Source of the DNA: Chlorokybus atmophyticus
Lineage: Eukaryota; Plantae; Mesostigma and Chlorokybus algae
Direction: 5' to 3'
Length of the DNA: 5,691 bases
NCBI GenBank assembly: GCA_009103225.1
Contig: RHPI01002859.1
Span: 1 to 5,691, forward strand
This document shows positions 1 to 5,691 of this stretch, one piece after another. A program made the translations under genes and the position numbers. The notes under the pieces were generated by a model that was not told where the DNA came from, ran no database searches, and saw only the letters and a program-made list of their open reading frames with translations. How positions within the stretch are numbered: position 1 is the stretch's first letter; every line of letters starts with the position of its first letter.

Positions 1-12
1 ACCAGCGTCTCG

Positions 13-450
13 ACTGGCCGGCCAGTACCACCGTCCCGACTTGCCGACTTTTAGGGACCGGCGGTCACTTGCTTATCATACTTGACACACAATAAGTAGG
101 TCGCCACCGCGTTAAGTGCACGACCGGCGATCGGCCGTCACTTAATAAACGCGGTAAGGTCACCTGATAGTGACTAACGGTGACTAGCTTGCCAAAGTAG
201 GCAGGCCGTCGCGCATACTTTTCGACGGTCAGGGTTCGACCGGCGGTCGGCCGTCACTGTATGTGACCAAAACGTGACTTATTTGCTAAACAGATAGGTC
301 GCCATCGCGCAAATGGGACGACCGACAATCGGCCGTCACCTTAAAGTGCGATGTTGCCGTCACAGGCAGGCCGCCGTCGATTGTACTTATCGGTCGACCG
401 CTTGCCGTCGCTATATGTTGCTTGGTAGATACGGCCGTCCTAAAAAGTCC
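13..450. repeat. Array of short direct/inverted CpG-rich motifs; probable DNA-transposon subterminal region (CACTA/EnSpm-like)
   Basis: GACCGRCRRTCGGCCGTCAC at 122-141, 238-257 and 320-339, with a shorter GACCGGCGGTCAC at 56-68. TAGGTCGCCA at ~97 and ~295. AGGCAGGCC at ~199 and ~364. CCGTC occurs at least 9 times. Inverted pair GACTTTTAGGGAC (46-58) / GTCCTAAAAAGTC (437-449). Palindrome ACTGGCCGGCCAGT at 13-26. The repeats are certain; the family is inferred from similarity to CCGTCGCTA-type CACTA subterminal motifs. No terminal TIR or TSD was found. Confidence 0.6.
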
Positions 451-470
451 CTTTATGGAACAATCCGTTA

Positions 471-530
471 CGTCAGGTAGGGTCAGGCAGGGTCAGGCAG
501 TCGTCAGTCCCTCAGTCCCTTGTCAGTCAC
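471..530 (+). repeat. Degenerate ~10-bp tandem array with TCAG core
   Basis: CGTCAGGTAG/GGTCAGGCAG/GGTCAGGCAG/TCGTCAGTCC/CTCAGTCCCT/TGTCAGTCAC; TCAG at 473, 483, 493, 504, 512 and 523. Confidence 0.85.
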
Positions 531-623
531 CGTGTAAAATTTGCGACGATCATGGTATTTGCACATGTAGTTGAACCATATATGCATGTAGTCTGTTGCT
601 AAAACAATGGAAAGGCACATAAA

Positions 624-735
624 TGCGGGCAAAAGGCAGCCAGCGGGTAGGGCGAGGGCTAGCGGCAGGCGAAGTAAGAGCAGGCAGCGGGCAGGGCGAT
701 TACTATGTAAAATAAGAGCCTGCCCGAGGGCCGCT
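624..735 (+). repeat. G-rich short-repeat cluster
   Basis: CAGCGGGTAGGGCGA (641-655) vs CAGCGGGCAGGGCGA (685-699), a degenerate copy at 660-672, and an inverted copy CCTGCCCG (719-726) matching CGGGCAGG (688-695). Confidence 0.7.
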
Positions 736-768
736 TGTGCGGCACAATGCAAATGGCAATAGCGCTAA

Positions 769-973
769 CAATGTAAGATCCGAAACGGCATACAAGACAC
801 GCGTGGCTCGCATCCATCAACTGGCAAAGTCCTTACAGAGGCCTAACTCAAACCACTAGCAGTGCCAGTAACTTACGCACATGCGGCTGAGCCCGTGCAT
901 GAGTGGCGGTACAGGGCCGATGCTGTACCCTTTCTTCGCAGTAGATTGGTGCAGCTAGCTCTTGATGGCACAT
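769..973 (+). pseudogene. Exon-like frame with one internal stop; weak U-box-like motif
   Basis: Frame reads QCKIRNGIQDTRGSHPSTGKVLTEA*LKPLAVPVTYAHAAEPVHEWRYRADAVPFLRSRLVQLALDGT and ends at a donor-like CAT|GTATGT (974-979). TAA at 844. Confidence 0.25.
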
Positions 974-1451
974 GTATGTAGATGCAAACGAGTTTACTTA
1001 CACTTACAAATGCAGTGTTCAATTACTTATTGTGACTTATTTGCATTCAACATGCATGGCAATACAAAGAACATCAATATCACAAGCAGCGGCGGCGCCG
1101 CTTCCGGCTAGTTGTCGACGGTGGACAACGTGTAGGTCTATCATGCCGATCGTGTAATGTACTACACTCAAGAACGTATACACGAGGGTGCACCGCTACA
1201 AGTGCATGGCGCGATGCCTATTAGCCAGAGTCTTGCACATTGGGACTGCATGCATGCACCAGACCAGATTGGACATCGCGTCCCTGTTTAGGATAGGCTT
1301 AACATGATGATCGTCTTGCAAAATTGCTGAGATACTGTGCATGGTAAAAACTTACCAAGCGTGCTTACAGCCTGAGTCACTTGCACACAAGCATTGGGAT
1401 GTGCATCAAGCGACCAGACCATTCGTCCGGTTTGGGTTTAAGCGTGTAAAG

Positions 1452-1493
1452 TCTTCTTCTTCTTCTCTTCTTCTTCTTCTTCTTCTTCTTCTT
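1452..1493 (+). repeat. (TCT)4 TC (TCT)9 T microsatellite
   Basis: Read directly; 42 bp with one single-base interruption. Confidence 0.97.
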
Positions 1494-1506
1494 AACTCTT
1501 GTGCAG
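1491..1506 (+). other. Candidate branch point plus 3' splice acceptor
   Basis: CTTAAC (1491-1496) followed by TCTTGTGCAG ending at 1506, directly after the pyrimidine microsatellite. Confidence 0.45.
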
Positions 1507-1625
1507 ATCGCTATAACTGGAGCTGACACAGTGGAATGCACAGCATAGTTGTGGCCCGAGGTTGCCCTCGCATAATTGATGGTATGCCTCAGGCATGGCT
1601 TCTTTGCGCCATATAACCCTGGCGT

Positions 1626-1790
1626 TTGGCCAGCAGCAGCCGATCTGTCATGCGCCCTACTTGTTCGTATACTGACCCTGGCATAGTCGGTGCCAAGATG
1701 AATGCAACACAAACGGGAGCTAGTTCAGAGTTTGAGGAAGAGGACCTGGTGTGTGAAGGAGGAACGGATGTGCACTGGCAAGTCGTTGAG
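1626..1790 (+). pseudogene. Exon-like open frame ending at a consensus splice donor; product unknown
   Basis: Frame ...GASSEFEEEDLVCEGGTDVHWQVVE ends exactly at GAG|GTGAGT (1791-1796), a near-perfect 5' splice site; composition turns AT-richer afterwards. Confidence 0.3.
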
Positions 1791-2116
1791 GTGAGTTGTG
1801 TAATTAATGTTAACACATGCCATTAGCAAAAAGCAACATAGTTATCAATAAGTGGGCACAACTTGCCATGCTTGAACAATAGCTGTTGTGACTCATGCAC
1901 CGCGGGTTGAACACTATAGTATGCCACTTATGTTTGGCAGTCATGGAGAGCAAAGGGATGGCTGGTTAGTGCACGCAGATAATCGATACGCTGCGCAAAG
2001 AGGTAATGCCATTAAGGCAACATGACATTGCATCCAACATTCAACCAGTGCAACTTGAGCGACTGCTCTAGCGTGTGCCAGCTGGCTTGTGTGCACGTTA
2101 ATCAGCGGTTGCCAAC

Positions 2117-2148
2117 TCGGAACTTCGGAACTTCGGAAGTTCGGAAGT
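2117..2148. repeat. Four tandem 8-mers TCGGAA(C/G)T forming a quasi-palindrome
   Basis: TCGGAACT x2 then TCGGAAGT x2; 2122-2148 is self-complementary at 12 of 13 positions around G2135. Confidence 0.92.
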
Positions 2149-2190
2149 GTGCACGCAATCTTGGGACCACTTTATCGTTGATGATATAAG

Positions 2191-2460
2191 ATGAATGCAG
2201 GTCGAGAACTTGACAAAAAGTAAGGGTCATTAAAAGACTCAGGCCGTAAACGCGAAAGTGCGCTCATCCCGTGTAACGGAGGAGATGCGTTATGTGAGGA
2301 GTTGACCAGCCTGCCGCGTGTAACAAAAAACGATGTGACAAGGCTGGGTAAACAGGCGCGGCGTCTGTTACTTCTTGTAGCTAAAGCTGGGGCAGCAATG
2401 CGCCGGAGACAGGGATTAACCAAACCATCGGCCTCCAGGTGTGTTGGCGCACAACGCTAG
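2191..2460 (+). pseudogene. Exon-like frame with one internal stop; product unknown
   Basis: MNAGRELDKK*GSLKDSGRKRESALIPCNGGDALCEELTSLPRVTKNDVTRLGKQARRLLLLVAKAGAAMRRRQGLTKPSASR. There are 78 sense codons after the TAA at 2221. Acceptor-like TGCAG| at 2200 and donor-like CAG|GTGTGT at 2439. Confidence 0.25.
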
Positions 2461-2485
2461 CGCAAATGTACATGGCTTGTACATA

Positions 2486-2502
2486 TGCGTGCGTGCGTGC
2501 GT
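2486..2502 (+). repeat. (TGCG)4T tetranucleotide repeat
   Basis: Read directly. Confidence 0.9.
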
Positions 2503-2603
2503 AGTAAATGCGGATTTGCCTTTAATACACTAGTACGTACACCGAATGATTGTACTGTGCAACACATGACAATAACAAATCATAGTGCCAAGGTTGCGTG
2601 GGC

Positions 2604-2628
2604 AGTGAACTGCAACTTCCAGTTCACT
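2604..2628. repeat. Perfect 9-bp inverted repeat with 7-nt loop
   Basis: AGTGAACTG-caacttc-CAGTTCACT; an AATAAA lies about 10 nt downstream. Confidence 0.85.
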
Positions 2629-2753
2629 ACTCATGTGAATAAAATACAATAGCAGTCATGCTTAGTATGTAGTACTTGTCCACTGGCGCTACTAGTTGCA
2701 ATTAATGGTGCCACTATTAATAGTACTAGTGGCCTCGTATTCGATCTTTTCAG

Positions 2754-2957
2754 ATGAAATTAGCATGATTAACAGCAGTTGTTGCTGCACAGCAATTGAC
2801 AACTGCAAGAAAGCACTTGCTTGCTGCATAAACCTAATTCAAGGCACCAGTTGATTGCTGCCATACTGCACTTGATGCTGCACGATAGGAATTGAGCATT
2901 GCAAGACACCGTGTGGTTGGTGGAGAGCAGCACTTCGTTGTTGCCAGACAGCACTTT
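2754..2957 (+). pseudogene. Decayed exon-like frame with Ala/Gln/Arg-rich helical (coiled-coil-like) repeats
   Basis: Follows an acceptor-like TCTTTTCAG| (2753). Reads MKLA*LTAVVAAQQLTTARKHLLAA*T*FKAPVDCCHTALDAAR*ELSIARHRVVGGEQHFVVARQHF, with ARKH/ARHR/ARQH recurring. GCAAGAAAGCACTT (2805-2818) vs GCCAGACAGCACTT (2943-2956) match 12/14. Four in-frame stops. Confidence 0.35.
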
Positions 2958-3011
2958 GGGTTAGGGTTAGGGTTCGGTCGGGGGCCCCAACCCTAACCCT
3001 AAGCTAGGGTT
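2958..3011. repeat. Inverted interstitial telomere-like repeats (TTAGGG / CCCTAA)
   Basis: GGG(TTAGGG)2TT at 2958-2974, spacer CGGTCGGGGGCCCC, AA(CCCTAA)2 at 2989-3002, then TAGGGTT at 3005-3011. 2961-2974 and 2989-3002 are a perfect 14-bp inverted repeat. Confidence 0.92.
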
Positions 3012-4080
3012 AAAATAGGGCACTCTAAAATTACGCACTGAATTTAATAAAACACGTATCCAACGTTAACTTGCAAAAACTCAAGTGAATCATCTTGATG
3101 TCGCTTAATAAAAGAATGGTGTGTAGGTTATATTATGATGTTGCGCGTTGTGTGCATTTTGTGTTGATTGAGGTAAGATTGAGGTAGATGTTAATAATGA
3201 TTGAGGTAAATGTTAACAACTTTTAGTCATTGAGCACGTGCAGGTGCAAATGACATAAAAAGACAAGGTAACAAGTTAATGTTTAAAAGAAGATTGTTAG
3301 CAGCAGCGAACCTTGTAATATAATATAATTGTTTGCATAAAAAGGATTGTGTTCTTGAAGCAAATGATGTTGGTTGAATAATTACCTCACTAATAAAGAT
3401 AACGACTACACATACATATGATGTTATGAACACCTTCAATTCTAAGATAACAACGTTTATCCCATTGAGTATGTTCTTGACTTAATTGATAGTTGTCATA
3501 CTATCTTTTCATCATTAAGGAGTACACACACAAAGGAAAAATCAGCAATGCATTGAAGAGGAGTACATTGACCTCACACCCTAATGCAATTAGTAGTAAC
3601 AATAGTATGGTGTGCCAACATTGCACATGCACAAGCACTTGTACATATGTATGTTGGGTAACATCCTCAGACAAGTAGTTGAAATCTTGGTGCTGTCTGC
3701 CACCAACGAGGACTATACATACATGTACCACCATGAACACAAGGACTCATAGTTGAACTGAGAGACAACAAAGCAACAACAAGTGAGAGTCTGCCATACA
3801 TTTTATCTTGGCCAAGTGATATCAGTATAAATATTAAAGATCCATATAATATACACAATGAAGTCCTTGTATTAGGACATAACATTGCTTATAGATTCAA
3901 TCTTTATTTTATTTATCTATTAATTGATCTCTACACTAACAGGAAGTCAACACATGTAGCAAAATGTAGACCTTGTGCAAGGATACTGTATTGTTCATTA
4001 ACAGACCATCCATAGCGGTTATAAGAATAGACAAATTCCTCCCTTTATAAGAGTTTCAATTATCAAATTTTAATTTGCCA
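3012..4080. other. AT-rich, CpG-depleted block
   Basis: Three sampled 60-nt lines were 28-33% GC by hand count. I count 12 CG dinucleotides in 3001-4080 versus 49 in 1-460. Confidence 0.8.
3166..3220 (+). repeat. 22-bp tandem duplication plus an extra 11-bp partial copy
   Basis: GATTGAGGTA at 3166, 3177 and 3199; GATTGAGGTAGATGTTAATAAT vs GATTGAGGTAAATGTTAACAAC differ at 3 positions. Confidence 0.85.
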
Positions 4081-4200
4081 ATTTTACCGTTTTGCAGACG
4101 TTGTTCAAATCACCGGTGGTGTGCACAAAGTCCACACCGTGCAGAAGCGTCTTGTTGCCGTCTACCTACATATCGGCTTGTTGTTTGCTTGCATTGCACG

Positions 4201-4333
4201 ATGGCGTCGTTGGGTGAAGAAGTCGATAGCGCTTTCCCTAACGTCGATGCAACAAGGGCGGCTATACGAGTCTCTTCGGCGCAACCTCTCCATGCCGGTC
4301 CCGTTACGATGCAGACTGTGCCTTTACATATAG
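4201..4333 (+). pseudogene. Candidate first coding exon (MASLGEEVDSAFPNVDATRAAIR...), possibly MULE-related
   Basis: ATG in a GCACG-ATG-G context within a GC-richer patch (55% in the 4201-4260 line). Upstream acceptor-like TTTTGCAG| at 4097; only a weak donor at 4334. Confidence 0.2.
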
Positions 4334-4575
4334 GTTTTTTATATATATCGTTGTTCACATGCCTTGTATATGGCTTTGTGCACCTATGCACAACTTGAAA
4401 AGCATTTTAATCATGCATGTTTGCAGTGCTTTGGCTTAAAGTAGTTGTGTATGCCGTTCGAGCGAAGCATTGTTTGTGCATGGTGCACCTTAGCGTTTGG
4501 TCTTGTTGCGGCTGCCCAAGTCAGCCCAAGCTGCTGATGACATGCATTATTTATGCTTTTTTATTGATCATTTCG

Positions 4576-4816
4576 TGCATGCATGCAGCGCATACATGCA
4601 TCTCACTGTTTCTCTCAACGCCAACATGCATGCATGCTACGCTGTTGGTCTAATTAGCGATTTGTTAGACTTTATTTTGTGGATCCGCAACACCGGTTCG
4701 TTTTATGGAACCAATAAATGTGAACATCTACATTGTCATGCATGCATGCATGCAGAAGTTGCGTTGTTTTTACGTTCCGACTCATGGCAGCGCATGAAGC
4801 ACATGCATGCATCTCA
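4576..4816. repeat. Four (CATG)n clusters within a locally duplicated segment
   Basis: TGCATGCATGCA 4576-4587, CATGCATGCATGC 4625-4637, (CATG)4CA 4737-4754 and CATGCATGCAT 4802-4812. GCAGCGCAT..ACATGCAT..CTCA occurs at 4585-4605 and 4787-4816. Confidence 0.85.
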
Positions 4817-4857
4817 GATTAGTCATGGATCAGAAGACTGACACAATTCAGTTTTGA

Positions 4858-5340
4858 ACATCATGTCATTCTGATGAACACGGACTGCATACAAAGGTCT
4901 GCTTCTCTCGTGCAGCGCATTATTGTACATGGACCGTTCGAATGATAGCGGCTGAATGTTATCATCCCAAGCGCATGCATTCATGCACCCTTCATTTCAG
5001 CATACAAGATGTGGGCATTGGCAACGAGGTTTTTCTTACAGGCATACATCATATGCGACACATGCAACATGGCCATGGCATCCATGTTTGTTTTCTCTAC
5101 CATGTCGCCGTGTAGGTTGCCTCACTCCGTGGGTGTATCATTGAAGCGCATGCGTTGTCGGCATTGTGGCACATTGAGTGCAAGGCCGCATTGACCACAC
5201 CCTCGAGCACCGACCACCACGCGAACTGTGGAGTGCTTGTGGTCAAGCTGCAGGCCGTTAAGTACGATCACAATCATTGGGCGGAAGCCCTTCGTCTTAG
5301 CGTACCGTGCGTCTTTAAGGACTTGCCTACAAGTGCGTGA
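4858..5340 (+). pseudogene. Long frame broken by a single TAG; weak FAR1/MULE (WRKY-GCM1-fold) Zn-finger resemblance
   Basis: One frame is open over 4858-5112 and 5116-5337, with TAG at 5113-5115 in an acceptor-like context. It contains ECKAAL (C at 5179) ... VVKLQAVKYDHNH (HNH at 5269-5277). Donor-like GTGCGT at 5333 and GTAAGT at 5372. Confidence 0.3.
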
Positions 5341-5691
5341 TTACAACATGTCTTACACGTCCTCCCATGATGTAAGTGCTGCCTACATTTCTCAGCCGGT
5401 ATGAGTGCTGTTTTTGCCAAAGTTGGTGCTATATGCTGCATCTTACTAGGCTAGTTGTACATAAAGTCGACGTGTGCGCTTGCCAATAGTTGATGACGTA
5501 CAAGTGTTGTCTTGATCGCAGTGGGTGCTGCCCGATGATGTCTTCGTAATTTGTGGTGTCTACATGTGCTGTCGGCCTTCATGAGAGTGCTGTCGGCGGT
5601 TGCAATCGTGTACATCAAATGCAGGACATGCATGCGCATGCACAACGTGTAGTCCAGTCAGCACGCAGCAACACATGCAAGGTGTCGTACA

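Noticed and set aside
1-460. CRISPR array
   Set aside because: The repeats are short, degenerate, in both orientations and irregularly spaced; the context is eukaryotic and there are no cas genes.
1341-1712. ORF-track proteins with poly-K/R, poly-S or poly-L (1377..1712 minus, 1341..1526 plus)
   Set aside because: The homopolymer runs are translations of the TCT microsatellite; there is no other protein-like signal.
2117-2148. Heat-shock element (nGAAn array)
   Set aside because: GAA and TTC are separated by 1 nt here, not the 2 nt required for an HSE.
2985-3003. Telomerase RNA template (CAACCCTAACCCT)
   Set aside because: It is fully sequestered by an adjacent complementary arm, and I could not recognise a snRNA-type promoter, pseudoknot or terminator around it.
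2981-3007. Helitron 3' end (GGGGCCCC plus CTAG at 3004)
   Set aside because: The base after CTAG is G rather than T, and the palindrome has no loop; kept only as a remote alternative.
3240-3330. TPR-like peptide ANDIKRQGNKLMFK
   Set aside because: It is a very short match bounded by stops, and another frame reads equally protein-like.
3770-3830. VRVCHTFYL resembling Cys-containing TE accessory motifs
   Set aside because: It is a 9-residue similarity in a frame with several nearby stops.
4534-4880. Hammerhead ribozyme cores (CTGATGA at ~4535 and ~4871; also CTGANGA on the minus strand at 501 and 3664)
   Set aside because: None is followed by a stem II plus the required GAAA.
234-4945. tRNA or Pol III B-box (GTTCGA at ~234, ~4456, ~4936)
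   Set aside because: None completes GTTCRANNC, and there is no A-box or cloverleaf.
5566-5597. 11-bp direct repeat GTGCTGTCGGC x2 as a transposon footprint
   Set aside because: The repeat is real, but with a 10-nt spacer and no TIR remnant it cannot be distinguished from local slippage.
504-5645. Remaining short ORF-track entries as genuine CDS
   Set aside because: They are 61-114 aa, overlap on both strands, often use TTG/GTG starts, are rich in C/H/M as expected from TGCA/CATG-rich DNA, and show no recognisable domains.

Overview
This is eukaryotic, repeat-derived or intergenic DNA, and I can support no intact protein-coding gene, RNA gene or CRISPR array. GT-AG splice signals and TTAGGG units indicate a eukaryote, but the host cannot be identified. 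The window reads as a mosaic. (i) 1-740: CpG-rich arrays of short direct and inverted motifs resembling a DNA-transposon subterminal region (CACTA-like). (ii) ~770-2957: + strand stop-interrupted, exon-like frames with splice signals, a TCT microsatellite and a small TCGGAAST hairpin array. (iii) 2958-3011: an inverted telomere-like (TTAGGG)n/(CCCTAA)n junction that cuts off the last exon-like frame. (iv) ~3012-4080: an AT-rich, CpG-depleted block. (v) ~4200-5340: a decayed frame with a weak MULE/FAR1-type Zn-finger resemblance, interleaved with (CATG)n clusters. Repeat structures are read directly from the sequence. All protein and transposon family assignments are low-confidence, by-eye inferences.
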